A stretch of DNA of 64,000 bases from Octopus sinensis (taxonomy: Eukaryota): the NCBI RefSeq assembly GCF_006345805.1, contig NC_043004.1:97650001-97714000 (forward strand), read 5' to 3'. Both the position numbers and the translations under genes were made by a program. The notes under the pieces are model-generated. The model was not told the DNA's origin, did no database searches, and worked only from the letters and a program-made list of their open reading frames with translations. This document shows, one piece after another, positions 42,370 to 56,151 of the stretch. Positions within the stretch are counted from its first letter, which is position 1; each line of letters begins with the position of its first letter.

Positions 42370-43229
42370 ATAGGAAAAGGAAAGATCCAGAGAAGGGATG
42401 ACGGAGGAAAAAAAAAAAGGTTTTTCCATCTTAGATTTTTCACTACAATTCACCATTCTTTTATTCTTTTATTCTCTTACTTGTTTCAGTCATTTGACAG
42501 CGGTCATGCTGGAGCATTACCTTAAAGGGTTTTAGTTGAAGAAATCAATCTCAGAACTATTTTCATAAGCCTAGTACTTATCCTATCAGTCTCTTTTGCT
42601 GAACTGTGAAGTTACGAGGACATAAACACACCAGCATTGGTTGTCAAGGCAGTACCCCAACCGGGCCACAGTTTAATGAGTGAAACAAGTAAAAGAATAA
42701 AAGAATAGAGATTTAGATTAGAGGGAGAGAACAGAAAGAGCACAGATAGACTGATAGAAATATGCATTATAGTGTGATTAAACATACATATACATATATA
42801 TAAATTCATAAATGAGGGTGAAAAATTAGATATTAATTTAATAATACCTTGAGTTTAACACCAAGTGGCCTAGCACATAAAAACCAGGGAGACAGTACAA
42901 ATTTATACGTAAATATAAGAGTGTTAAGGTTAAGTGGTTAACTCTAGTGCTAGAAATAGCTCCTTATTCTGGTATAGCCACCGAAGTTGTTTCCACAAAA
43001 GAAATAACATTACCTTCAACATAAGGAAAGCGAAATACAACGAAAAGATAGATTAATGCTGAACAATTGTTTCTTTATCAACATAAATATATATACCATT
43101 ACATTAAATAATAGGATACACACATTGATTATCTTTTCCAATTCAACTTTACATATGCCATTTTTTTGCTATGGCTAAATTCTGAATTTGTTTCCTCGCT
43201 TTATCTATTTGATTATTATCATTGCATCA

Positions 43230-43620
43230 TCATAATCATCATCAACATCATCATTGTTGTCATCAGCAATGTCATCATCATGTCACCCCCATCACCAACT
43301 CTTTCTTCTTGTTGTTGCTGTTGTTTTTGTCTTTGTTGTTGCTGTTGTTGTTGCTGTGGCTGTCATTGTTGATGTTCTTCTTCTTCTTTTCCTCCCTCCT
43401 CCCCTCTTCCCCCTCCTCCTCCTACTACAACTACTACTGCAACTACTACTACTACTACTACTACTACTACTGCTACTACTACTGGTGCTACTGCTGCTGC
43501 CGTTACCACCACCACCACCACCACCACCACCACCACCACCACCACCACCACCACTACTACTACCACCACCACCACCACTACTACTACTATTACTACTACT
43601 ACTACTACTACTACTATGCA
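43230..43620. repeat. Compound trinucleotide microsatellites (CAT, TTG, CTA, CCA)
   Basis: Direct; explains the poly-H/Y/P/L ORFs. Confidence 0.95.
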
Positions 43621-44184
43621 GTAATGTAAACTAATAATAAATAGCAGACAATTCTCCCTCAAATTACAATTACACCCTCCCATCTTAAGAAAAATATAAA
43701 GATAGGATGCACTGGAAAAATTTGTCCTAAATACACAATACGATGGTCATAGACAGAAAGTATTTACTTGTAAATCTGCTTTGCCAGTAGTGATTTAGAA
43801 CCAAGCAATAACAACAACAAAAACACAATGGTTAATGGCTTTTATTAGATTTTTACAGAATATTTGAAGTTTGAGCAGACATTTCATTCAGGTTTCAATT
43901 TCATCTAAAATTTTATGATTAGTTTTCCAATTTGTTTATTTCCCAATGGATTCATCATGGCAAGTACTGTTTGGCACATCTCTAATCTATCTCCTGTCCT
44001 ATATATTTGTCTAATCACTATGGCTCTTAATTTCCAAATGAAATCTTTTGGAATTGATTGGATTATAGTTTCTGTATATATCACTGAAATTCTCTGATAA
44101 TGTAACCTTGTACTATCTATTTCACTCATGGCAATGTGGTTAAAAAAAGTTTTCTTCAATCTACATGGATTTAGTGTTTGATAA

Positions 44185-44417
44185 GGCGGAGAGCTGGCAG
44201 AAAAGTTAGCACGCCGGGCGAAATGCTTAGTGGTATTTCGTCTCCCGATACATTCTGAGTTCAAATTCCGCCGAGATCGACTTTGCCTTTCATCCTTTCG
44301 GGGTCGATAAATTAAGTACCAGTTACACACTGGGGTCAATGTAATCGACTTAATCCCTTTGTCTGTCCTTGTTTGTCCCCTCTATGTTTAGCCCCTTGTG
44401 GGCAATAAAGAAATAAG
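44185..44417 (+). mobile_element. SINE family B, full length
   Basis: GGCGGAGAGCTGGCAGAAAAGTTAGCACGCCGGGCG head to AAAGAAATAAG tail. Confidence 0.9.
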
Positions 44418-44934
44418 TGTTTGATTTTGCTCAGGAGTGACACCTTGATGTAGTGTCTTCTATCATAGACTCAGACTGACCAAAGCCTTGTGAGTGAAAC
44501 ATAGGTTGATCAAAGCCTTGTGAGGGAAATTTGATTTCATTTCTGGATGGTAATCATAATATGTTGCTTTGCTTAACTCCATCACTTCTAATGTAATCGT
44601 GGACATCCTTACAAGACTCCATTAGATTGCAAACATTCTAGCCAGATTTCATGTTTGAGGATAATTCTTTCAATTCCTCTCACTGCTCATGGAAGCTTTG
44701 GAAACAGTCATAGTACTACTCTTCATCTTGTGGTTATGGTATAAATAAAGTTACACCTATAAAAGCTCCTTTCTTATATTGAAGTGAATCAGTTTTTCTC
44801 TAATCAATTTTTTTGTATATTATCAGTGTAAAATATATCTTTTTATGACGAGACTTTTATAAAGTCACACATATGTTAATGTATAGTAATAAAGCAGAAT
44901 GCGGATAAACTATTGGTGCCATGTCAGTAAATCA

Positions 44935-45290
44935 TCATCATTTTCATCATTTAATGTCTACTTTCCATGCTGGCATGGGTTGGACTGTTTGACTGGAAGC
45001 TGGTAACCCAGGGAGCTGCACCAGATTCCAGTCTGATTTGTTATAATTTCTATGGCAGGATGTCCTTCCCAATGTCAACCACACACACTAAGAGTGTAGT
45101 GGGTGATTTTTATATGCCACCAGCATGGGTACCGTTGATGTGACACCTGCATCAGCTATAGCTACAACCTCACTTGGCTTGAAAGGTCTTCTCAAGTGTG
45201 GAATATCACCAAAGGTCTCAGTTCCCTGTCACTGCTTCCATGAGGCCCAACCCTTGAATAGTGCTTTTTAAAAAAATGCTTGTCAGAAGT
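44935..45290 (+). mobile_element. Repeat family C, diverged
   Basis: gcatgggttggac...ggatgtccttcccaatgtcaaccac. Confidence 0.7.
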
Positions 45291-45306
45291 GCGATAAAAT
45301 GTGTAT

Positions 45307-45729
45307 CTCTTTTACTCTTTTATTCTTTTACTTGTTTCAGTCATTTGACTGCGGCCATGCTGGAGCACCACCTTCAATCGAGCAACTCGACCCCGAGACT
45401 TATTCTTTTGTAAGCCCAGTACTTATTCTATCGGTCTCTTTTGCCGAACCACTAAGTAACGGGGACATAAACACACCAGCATCGGTTGTCAAGCAATGCT
45501 AGGGGAACCAACAGAGACACACAAACACACACACGCATATATATATATATATATATACATATATACGACGGGCTTCTTTCAGTTTCCGTCTACCAAATCC
45601 ACTCACAAGGCTATGGTCGGCCCGAGGCTATAGTAGAAGACACTTGCCCAAGGTGCCACGCAGTGGGAATGAACCCGGAACCATGTGGCTGGTAAACAAG
45701 CTACTTACCACACAGCCACTCCTGCGCCT
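45307..45729 (-). mobile_element. SINE family A, full length
   Basis: Close match. Confidence 0.9.
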
Positions 45730-45889
45730 ATCTATTGGTGAAGTATAAAGGTTCTTTGGGGGATCAATGTAATTAACTTGTTCTCTACCCTTGAAATTAC
45801 TGGCTTTGTGTCAAAATTTAAAACAAATATTCTGGGGCAAAACATTTAAGTAATCCAAATGTTGAATGCAAATATGTAAATAAAGCTGC

Positions 45890-46490
45890 AGTGGTGGTGG
45901 TGGTGGTGGTGGTGGTGGTGGTGATGATAGGGGCAAGGACAATGGCAATGACAACGAAGACGATGATCATGATGATGATGATGACTGTGGTGGTGGTGGT
46001 GGTGGTGGTTGTGGTGTGGTTGTGGTGGTGGTGGTGTGTGTTGTGATGGTGGTGGTGGTGGTAGTTGTGGTGGTGGTGGTGATAGGGCCGAGGACAATGG
46101 CAATGACAATGAAGACGATGATCATGATGATGATGATGACTGTGGTGGTGGTGGTGGTGGTGGTTGTGGTGATGGTTGTGGTGGTGGTGGTGGTGGTTGT
46201 GATGGTGGTGGTGGTGGTAGTTGGTGGTGGTGGTGGTGGTGATGGGGGTGAGGACAATAACAATGACAACGCTGACGATGATAATGATGATGATGACAAT
46301 TATGATGATGATGACCGTGATGGTGGTGGTGGTGGTGATGGTGGTGGTTGTGGTGGTAGTGATAGTGGTGAGGACAATGACAATAACAATGATGATGACG
46401 ATGATGATGATGACAATTATGATGATGATGACCGTGATGGTGGTGGTAGTGGTGGTGGTGGTGGTGGTGGTGATGATGATGGAGAGGCAT
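45890..46490. repeat. (GGT)n/(GAT)n field with internal ~130-190-bp duplications
   Basis: Direct. Confidence 0.9.
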
Positions 46491-46760
46491 AGTTGTGCTG
46501 AGGATGCTTAAAGAATATGAGTGGGTTGGTAAAGATGATAGTGATAAGACTAGTCATTATTGGAGATGAGGATGGTGATGGTGGAGGTGGAGACAGCTCG
46601 TGGTGGTCGTGGCGGTGGAGTTGGTGAAGGTGTTGTATATGTTACAGTGTTGATGGTTGTGGTGGCGGTGGTAGTGCCATAAGTAAAGTCAGTTGGGGTG
46701 ATGTTGGTGGTGATGAAAATATTACTGATGCTGTTGAGACGTTGGTTTTGGTAGTGTTGG

Positions 46761-47975
46761 CACTAGCATAGCTGGAGTGGTGTGCCACCCACGGCAGCCC
46801 TTCAGTTTTCCATCCCAAGGCCCAGTAAAAAAAATACATATTCCTACAGCAGACCCAAAAATTGTGTCACCTCCATAAAAGAGCTGTCCAGGGTGGACCA
46901 TCTCTCTACCCACCCCCTCTAGCTATGCCGGTTGCATGTGGTAGTTGTAGTGGTAGTGTTCTAAGTGTTGCTGGCACTAGCATAGCTGGAGTGGTGTGCC
47001 ACCCAGGGCAGCCCTTCAGTTTTCCATGTCCAGGCCCCAGTAAAAAAATACATATTTCCTACAGCGGACCCAAAAAAAGGTGTTTGTCCTCCATAAAAAT
47101 TGGGTTTCAGGGTGGACCACCTCTTAGCAACCCTCTAGCTATGCGGGTGCATGTTGGTAGTGGTAGTGGTAGTGTTCTAAGTGTTGCTGGCACTAGCATA
47201 GCTGGAGTGGTGTGCCACCCAGGGCAGCCCTTCAGTTTTCCATGTCCAGGCCCCAGTAAAAAAATACATATTTCCTACAGCGGACCCAAAAATGGTGTCA
47301 CCTCCATAAAATTGCTGTTCAGGGTGGACCACCTCTCTAGCCACCCCCTCTAGCTATGCGGGTGCATGTTGGTAGTGGTAGTGGTAGTGTTCTAAGTGTT
47401 GCTGGCACTAGCATAGCTGGAGTGGTGTGCCACCCAGGGCAGCCCTTCAGTTTTCCATGTCCAGGCCCCAGTAAAAAAATACATATTTCCTACAGCAGAC
47501 CCAAAAATTGTGTCACCTCCATAAAAGAGCTGTCCAGGGTGGACCATCTCTCTACCCACCCCCTCTAGCTATGCCGGTGCATGTTGGTAGTGGTAGTGGT
47601 AGTGTTCTAAGTGTTGCTGGCACTAGCATAGCTGGAGTGGTGTGCCACCCACGGCAGCCCTTCAGTTTTCCATCCCCAGGCCCCAGTAAAAAATTACATA
47701 TTTCCTACAGCAGACCCAAAAATTGTGTCACCTCCATAAAAGAGCTGTCCAGGGTGGACCATCTCTCTACCCACCCCCTCTAGCTATGCCGGTGCATGTT
47801 GGTAGTGGTAGTGGTAGTGTTCTAAGTGTTGCTGGCACTAGCATAGCTGGAGTGGTGTGCCACCCAGGGCAGCCCTTCAGTTTTCCATGTCCAGGCCCCA
47901 GTAAAAAAATACATATTTCCTACAGCGGACCCAAAAATGGTGTCACCTCCATAAAATTGCTGTTCAGGGTGGACC
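46761..47975. repeat. Tandem array of ~215-bp units (5.6 copies), each a 174-bp TIR-bounded MITE plus 41-bp spacer
   Basis: Unit starts at 46761, 46975, 47191, 47406, 47621, 47836; ends CACTAGCATAGCTGGAGTGG / CCCCCTCTAGCTATGCCGGTG are imperfect inverted repeats. Confidence 0.9.
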
Positions 47976-48332
47976 GCCTTTAGTCGATCAAATCGACCCC
48001 GGGACTTATTCTTTGTAAGCCTAGTACTTATTCTATCGGTCTCTTTTGCCGAACCGCTAAGTGACGGGGACGTAAACACACCAGCATCGGTTGTCAAGCA
48101 ATGCTAGGGGGACAAACACAACATACATATATATATATATATAATATATATATATATATATACATATATACGACAGGCTTCTTTTAGTTTCCGTCTACCA
48201 AATCCACTCACAAGGCATTGGTCGGCCTGGGCTATAGTAGAAGACACTTGCCCAAGATGCCACGCAGTGGGACTGAACCCGGAACCATGTGGTTGGTTAG
48301 CAAGCTACTTACCACACAGCCACTCCTGCGCC
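47973..48332 (-). mobile_element. SINE family A with tail lost at the array junction
   Basis: Starts directly at accgcctttagtcg. Confidence 0.85.
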
Positions 48333-48399
48333 TATTGATGATGAGTTTGATGATCATTGCCATTGTCCTCGTCCCCATCCTCACCACCACCATCATGTT

Positions 48400-48444
48400 C
48401 ATCATCATCATCATCATCATTTTATATTATTATTATTATTATTA

Positions 48445-48501
<57 letters not shown>

Positions 48502-48580
48502 CATCATCATCATCATCATTATTATATTATCATCTTCATCATCATCATCATTATATTATTATTATTATTATTATTAATCA

Positions 48581-48629
<49 letters not shown>

Positions 48630-48826
48630 CATTATTATATTATTATTATTATTATTATTATATCATCATCATCATCATCATTATTATTATTATCATTATT
48701 ATTATTATTATTATATTATTATTATATTATTATCATCATCATCATCATCATTATTATTATTATCATCTTCATCATCATCATCATTATTATTATATTATTA
48801 TTATTATTATTATTATCATTATTATA

Positions 48827-48865
<39 letters not shown>

Positions 48866-48872
48866 CATTATT

Positions 48873-48909
<37 letters not shown>

Positions 48910-49055
48910 TATTATTATTATTATTCTCATTATTATTATTATTATATTATTTATTATGATTATATCATCATATCATCATCATTATTATATTATCATCTTC
49001 ATCATCATCATCATTATATTATTATTATTATTATTATTATATTATCATTATTATA

Positions 49056-49087
<32 letters not shown>

Positions 49088-49114
49088 ATCATCATCATCA
49101 TCATCATCATTATT

Positions 49115-49173
<59 letters not shown>

Positions 49174-49200
49174 CCTTATTATTATTATTATTATTATTGT
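48400..49200. repeat. ~800-bp (ATT)n/(ATC)n microsatellite field
   Basis: Direct. Confidence 0.95.
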
Positions 49201-49535
49201 CAGTGATGGTGCTAATGATAAAATTGTGACAACAAGATGTCTGTGTTAGCAGTGTCACTGATATTTGTGGTGATAATGACAGAATAATTAATTCATAGAG
49301 AAATACGCAATATATTTTTTAGATACTTTGAAATAATATGAAGTGACTTTCTTTTCAACAGATTTAAAATTAATATCTTTAAAAAAACAAAGAAAAAATA
49401 ACATAGTTACACAGCTGGTTATATTTTCCTCTGGGATCAAAGTGATTACTCTCTCATCTTCTGATTTTGTTAGACCTTCGTTAGAGAAAGAATACCTATC
49501 TTCCTTATGAGAATAAAATTGGTTCTTTATAATTA

Positions 49536-50109
49536 TTGGGTTGTCCGGAAAGTTTGTGCCGATAAACAATAGCTTACCTTTCGACTTATTTTAGAAAATG
49601 TTTGGGTCCATAAAATAGGATTTGACCACACCTCCATTTAGAGCACAGTTTAAGCTATCTTTTCGTGGAAGACGGTTTATGTTCCTATAACCTGTGGTAA
49701 TTCTGTAACCCTTTAAAATGGAACATAAGAAAGTTCATTTTTAGCACTTGATGCTTTTCTTTTTCCGTAAAGGAAAAAATGCCTCACAAGCAACAAAAGA
49801 AATATGCGAAGTTTACGGTGATGCTTCTTTATCCGAAAAAACTTTACGGAACTGGTTCACACAGTTCTGAGCTGGAGATTGTAGCCTTATTGATAAAGAG
49901 CAATCAGGCAGATCATCCACTGCAGATGATGACTAAATCAAGTCATTAATTGAGAATAACCCACATTGCCCAACCCGAGAATTGGCAGAAAGCCTCAGCC
50001 TATCAAAATCCATCGTTCATGAGCACCTGGTAAAGCTTGGGTAATGGCAAGTATTTATTGGCCTTTTTCTTTCCTTTAAAATTCGGCACAAACTTTCCGG
50101 ACAACCCAA
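49536..50109 (+). mobile_element. mariner (Tc1/mariner) internal-deletion derivative
   Basis: Perfect 27-bp TIRs TTGGGTTGTCCGGAAAGTTTGTGCCGA; TA TSD at 49534-49535 and 50110-50111. Confidence 0.95.
49718..50045 (+). pseudogene. mariner transposase N-terminal HTH region, with stops; DDD domain deleted
   Basis: MEHKKVHF*HLMLFFFRKGKNASQATKEICEVYG...RNWF...SGR...IENNP...RELAESLSLSKSIVHEHLVKLG. Confidence 0.9.
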
Positions 50110-50248
50110 TATTTATAGCTGGAGTACAAGCTGCCATTTCTTTCTAGTTGGAGCACCATATAGAACAGGCATGGCAACCATCTCTCAAGAAGTGGGCAGC
50201 ATGAGATATGGTTAATCATCAGGTGAGCCAATGTACTAAAAGATTTAA

Positions 50249-50467
50249 CCCTTTATCATTCGGATTATTTTGTTTAATATAATGCTTATTTATTCACATC
50301 ATTCTGAGTTAATCAGGTATCATCTCATAGCTTCAGGATTTTATGATGGTTTTGTTTATTTTTAGAATGACGTGGTAGGGTAAGTGTGAGAGGCTGGATC
50401 TAGCAAATTTGAACATAAAGCAAGTAGATTATTTGAGCCTGATATGGTTAGTTTGAATGTTAAAGGG
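50249..50467. mobile_element. piggyBac-like MITE, complete
   Basis: TTAA|CCCTTTA...TAAAGGG|TTAA. Confidence 0.85.
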
Positions 50468-52012
50468 TTAAGGTAAATTTTTTAGGTGTGCCATTCAGAA
50501 AGTCCTTCAGACAACAGTTTACCATTGACTGATGTAGTATCTCCCATGCTAGTAATAACTTTTTGTTTTGTTTCTATGAGGGTATGTTGCTCTTACTGTT
50601 GTTACTTAGACATGAACCAGTTATTATTTAGTAAATCCTCATTCAAAGGTGTTACATATGTGGCTACCACAATATTTCTGCAGACATAATGTGTTGAAAA
50701 CTCATGTTTATTTCATGTTTTCTTTCATTTTTAAGATATTATGGTGTCATTTTGGGGAAAATTTGACTGATATTTTTAGCAATTTAAGCGAGCAATAATG
50801 TAATGGTTCCTTCATTGTTTGAAAACTCCAGAGTTTATGACACACTCAAGGACAATGTTATCAACGATGGAATCTCTCTAGATGGCTGATCCTGTTTAAA
50901 ATAATAGGTAAATCTCAATTACATTACAAACCACCATCTTAGAAACAATTAAATGAAAGAATATACATCTCTTATAAAACTAGGAGGCAGGTTCCTTTCC
51001 TTTTCCTTGATGACGATTTAAGAAAGCTAAAAACTAATTGGATGGATCCTGTTTTGTCTGAAGTGATAAAACATATGATGCAACCTTTTCATTTACTTTT
51101 CAGTGGCGCAAAAATTGTTTGTTTATTTAAATAGGTATACCTTGAATTTCAGATAATGCAAGAATTGAAGATGTTGATAGAATTGTTATTGATGTCCTTG
51201 TTGATGATGCTGATGATGAATATTGTTGATAAAGATGATTATGATTGACATTAAGATGTTGATAGTGTTATGGTTGTTATCAATGATATAAAACTCTTTG
51301 CAGACTTTTCCTTTTATATATCTTTTTTTAACTTACCAATTCTACTTTCATTTTCAATTTTCACTTTCTTTGATTTCACTTCCAAAATTCTTTTTCACAG
51401 TAGTTTTACATTTTCTTTCATTTTTTTATTGCTTTCATTATTATTATTATCATGTTTTTGTTTCATTTTGTTATTTGATTTTCGTCAGGTTTTGATAGAG
51501 ACTAACTTAATAACTTAAGATTTAACTTGAAATACCACATTTTGTTACAAATTTATGTCCTCAGGTAGGAGTTTATGTAAAGATTGTTGATATAAAGAAT
51601 CAGCAAAGGTCCTTTAGTACAATTTCACTATGTTTCTCATTTCTTTACAGTAACAAACCATGTGGTTATCACAATGTTGAAACACTTTTACCTTTTTTTT
51701 TCTCTCTATGTGCTACATCTTTATCTGTTCTTAGCTGTTCAGTGTCTTGTTTATACTTATCTTCTAAGTAATTTGATAAAAATATCATGGTTTGACCCAG
51801 GATTTAGTGGGTGAAGTAGGGGAATAGATGTGTTTACTACCCTTGTTTAAGACCAACTGTTGATAGGGTGATGCACAGGTGGAAAAAGATGGAGAATTGG
51901 ACATGCAGGTGTAGAAGATTTTAAATTGGAACTGAAACTTATACTGTACTATCTAACCAGCAAAGGATCTATGATGAATCATAGTATTAATGAAAGATAT
52001 TCTTATTCATAT

Positions 52013-52225
52013 GCAGACATGGCTGTGTGGTAAGAAGCTTGCTTCCAGAACACATGCTTCTGGGGTTCAGTCCCACTGTGTTGCACCTTGGGTGCATGTC
52101 TTCTACTATAGATTCAAACAGATCAAATCCAAAGAGAAACTGAAAGGAGCCGGTTGTGTGTGTATATATATATATATGTATGTATGTATATATATATATA
52201 TAATATATATATATATGTATGTATG

Positions 52226-52270
<45 letters not shown>

Positions 52271-52797
52271 TATATATATAATTGAAATTTATAGGAAAAC
52301 AAAAGATGAAAACATGTGTATGAACAACAAGCAAGTGTATTAGTTTGACACTATGAAAAAAAGGAAAAGGTCTTTAACGTTTTGACCCTATGCTCTTCAA
52401 CTGTAGGTAATAAGAGAAGGTAAACAGTGATAATGAAAAAATGTGTAGAGTTCAGTGGAACAACATGGTGACTGATTGGAAAAAAAAAAGAGGTTGAAAG
52501 AAAGGGAGATAATAATTTTTAAAATGATGGTTGATTGAAAGGGAGGTAATAATAGTGCTTATATATTTGCATGTATGTATATATCTATGTGTGTGTGTCT
52601 TTATGTCTTCATGAGTCCACTTCTTGACAATCAGTGTAGATGTTTACATACTCATGAATTAGTGGTTCAGCAAAAGAGACCGACAGAATATGTACCAGTC
52701 TTTAACGATATTAATCCTGAGATCTATTTGTTTCAACTAAAACACTTCAAGGTGGTGCTCCAGTTTGGCCACAGTCAAATGACTGAAACAAGTAAAT
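52013..52797 (+). mobile_element. Split or diverged SINE family A pieces around a PLE-like HHR fragment
   Basis: Head at 52013-52160, tail at 52570-52797. Confidence 0.6.
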
Positions 52798-53464
52798 GAT
52801 TCCTGCTTGCAGCTTCATGCTATAGATTGCTGAAGCAGTGAATTAGTGGACATCAGGTTCAAATTCTAATCAATCTTCATTTAATTTTAAGATACAATAA
52901 TAAATTTATTGTATACAGTGACCAAGTGCACATGTAAACTGCAAAAGTTTCCTACATCTATATCTTTTGGCCTATCTAAATTTGGTTCGATATAGATTAT
53001 ACCGTTTCATAAAATTGAATCGTTTTAATGTGGCATTGCAATTGAAGTTTGCTTCATTAGAGGATAGATATTAGAAACATGCCAACTAATGCTATTAACT
53101 CATTGTTTAATGGTGGATGGTGGATGGTTAGAGCCCTTACTGATGTAAGATGTATCATCATTATGTTTGTGGAATGGTTTATATTTACCTGTACTAAGTT
53201 TCACATTAATACCTCAGAAATTAATTTTATTAAGATTAGTGCTAACTTCATTTAAGATTAGTGTAACGGTTTTTAAGTTGAGTTGACAAAATATATTTAC
53301 CTATTTTTCCTTATCTTATCCATATTGTGGCCATTCTTTTCATGTACTATTCCTAGACCCCCTATATAAACTTGTGTTAGAATCTTTTATTCCATTATTA
53401 AAGATATGTAGGATTTAGGGTGCAACTTGATCTGCTCCCTTTGTTCCATCATGGCTCCCTTGGG

Positions 53465-53796
53465 TAAAGACCCCCTTCGATCATGAATGACCATGGAACG
53501 GCACCTAGAAAGTTACCCTCCGAGGCACAAGTTTGGGCAAGGTCGTTTATGGAAGACCAGCAGTCACTCATGCATATGAACCTTTCCTCTTGATGCTACT
53601 GATGTTATCCAAAGGAAAGGCCGATGCAGCTTGGCACCAGTGACGTCACAACTAATTTCTATGACTGAGTGAACTGGAGCAACATGAAATAAAGTGCCTT
53701 GCTCAAGAACACAACACACAGCCTGGTCCAGGAGTCGAACTCACTACTTCATGATTGTGAGCCTGACGCTCTAACTACTGAGCCATGCGCCTTCAC
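53465..53796 (-). mobile_element. tRNA-derived SINE family E
   Basis: Minus strand GTGAAGGCGCATGGCTCAGTAGTTAGAGCGTCAGGCTC...GAGTTCGACTCC. Confidence 0.8.
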
Positions 53797-54154
53797 ATAA
53801 ATAATTGCACAGTGTGTAGAATACAGGTATCAATCCTGATAGCTCTTGCATGAATAGTGAGTGCTCTACCAGCTGAGCAAATTTACCCCTGGCCATGGCT
53901 CCCCATTGTAACAAAATATTTGTTAAAAAATGTCTTCACATTCAGAGTACTTAATGTTGATGAATATCTGAGTTGTTCATAAAAAATATGTACCACATCT
54001 TGTATGTTTGACTACTAACTTTTGCTGGAGTAAAGTTTTCTTACTCAAAATTTGTGTTTAGAAGGACATTCTCAAGAACTTTCATCCAGACCATTTCAAC
54101 ATAAGTAAAGCATATATAAAATCAATGTTGTTGAGGATCACACACACACACATA

Positions 54155-54348
54155 CATACATATAAAAGGAATAACCACTAGGTGGATTCCTAATATGCTA
54201 AAGATAGGCCCCCATATGGTCTGACCACTAAGAAAAATTGTTCTCAAAAAAATTCACGAGAACAATTTTTCTTAGTGGTCAGACCATACAGGGGTCTACC
54301 TTTAGCATATTAGGAATCCACCTAGTGGTCATTCCTCTTATATGTATG
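54155..54348. repeat. 194-bp near-perfect hairpin (91-bp arms, 12-nt loop)
   Basis: Arms 54155-54245 and 54258-54348 differ at 6 positions. Confidence 0.95.
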
Positions 54349-54754
54349 TAATATGATTTTTCTGAATCTTCAGATTTAAAAAAAATGTGTTAGGCTACTG
54401 GTTTAAATTGATATTAACTTAATTAATATTAATTTTTACCCTCATTATTTAAAGACACCTGTTGTTATGTCCTGTTACTATTTTATTGTATTTGTGTAAC
54501 ATTGTTCATTTTTTTCCATCCGTTTTTGTATACATTCTCTGTTTTCTTCCAAGGAATCTAAAGCTCTTAGCTTAGTTTTTCCTTGGGGATGGCCAGATTG
54601 GAGCAATCTCAAGTATAATCAGCTGAAATTGTGAAAATAATCTGGAACTTGACTGTGGAAAGAAAACTTCGAATGACCCATCCCTGTTTTCTTTGTACTG
54701 TCTATATGGATGTTTTGTTGTCCCATTTTGTATTTATATATACATGTGTATGTG

Positions 54755-54785
<31 letters not shown>

Positions 54786-55544
54786 ATATATGTGTGTGTG
54801 TGTATATATGTATATGTGCATGTGTGTGTCTGTGCATGTGTGTGTATCTGTGTGCACATCATTATCCACATTATTTCCAATTTCTTAAATACATGTCATA
54901 ACACAATAAAAATTTAATGGGAAACACTCAACCAAAGCAAACCTATAGGATATATTCTATCACTTCCCTGCTTTTTTTAAAATTTTTTTTTTATACCATC
55001 TCTTTTGGGATGAGGAATAATGAAGAGTTTGACTCCAATTATTTAAATTATTTCTAGCAACTTTTGTGTTGAGGTTTGATTAATGTAACATCCAGAAAAG
55101 ACAACAATGGAAACTTTCTGTGAAGCACTTGTTGAAAGTGCTTCGTTGACTCAATAGGATTTTCTCTTTGCAGCTTATTAATGATTCCTTGACAGTACTG
55201 AAACTATTAACTTCATATAAAAGTCATTCGGTTGTGTTTTTTGTGAAAAGGTTTTATTTCTTAAGGCATTACAGCCCTAAATATAAATACATCATAAAGA
55301 AAGCTTTTCTTTTTGTTGTTTTCATTTTTTTACAGATCTATAATGCAACTGTGGTCCTCTCATAATTGCAATGATACAATTGAACAAAATCTCACTTCAT
55401 ATTCAATATCATAAACCCTATGACAAAATAAGAAGAGAAACACCTTTAATGATACATGTCTTTATGCATACATAAATAGAACATGTAAAAGTATTGCTGA
55501 ACAATTGAAATAATAAAGGTTTCTAATACCGACATGAAATAAGG

Positions 55545-55760
55545 CTGTGAGCTGGCAGAATCATTAGCATGCTTGGCACAATGCTTACTGCATTTCATCT
55601 ATCTTAATGTTCTGAGTTCAATTTCCACCTAGGTCAACTTTAGCTTTTATTGCTTCAAGGTCAATTAAATAAGTATCAGTTGAACACAGGAGTTGTTGTA
55701 ATTGACTTATCTCCGTCCCCTGAATTTCTTGCCCTTTGGTCAAATTTTGAAACCAATTTA
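55545..55760 (+). mobile_element. SINE family B, diverged
   Basis: gagctggcagaatcattagc...gttctgagttcaatt. Confidence 0.7.
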
Positions 55761-56151
55761 GACAAAAGACCACAAAGATTTTATAATTGACTTAATCCAC
55801 TGTAACCCTTCTGAGATAATTTATTTTTGCGACCCTGTTAGGATAAACTGCCAAACCTATATTTGAAAGAATTGGAATTAGACTGTACAAGTACATTCAT
55901 GAATATCACAAGACATTTTGCTGTTCATTCTATCAAAATCTTCTTTTGACTAACATGAGAAATGCATGAAATACTGTACTGAAAACGAATCCCTGCACTT
56001 GTGTGTATTTGTTCTATTTGAATAGATTGCTTTAAAAAGTTACAAACAAGCTTCAGTTTATTCATCAGCATTGATTCACTCAGAATTGTCGTTTCTAAGC
56101 AATGCAAAAGATGGCACAAATTGAATTTCATAAAATATGTGTGATATGGTT

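Noticed and set aside
46761-47975. CRISPR-like or coding tandem array
   Set aside because: Spacers are identical rather than unique, there are no cas genes, and the context is eukaryotic.
46862-47983. Repeated ORFs (GSVLSVAGTSIAGVVCHPGQPF...)
   Set aside because: By-products of the 215-bp tandem array; frames differ between units.
50991-51134. Possible exon VPFLFLDDDLRKLKTNWMDPVLSEVIKHMM after CAG
   Set aside because: Only 48 codons, weak polypyrimidine tract, no recognisable family or partner exons.
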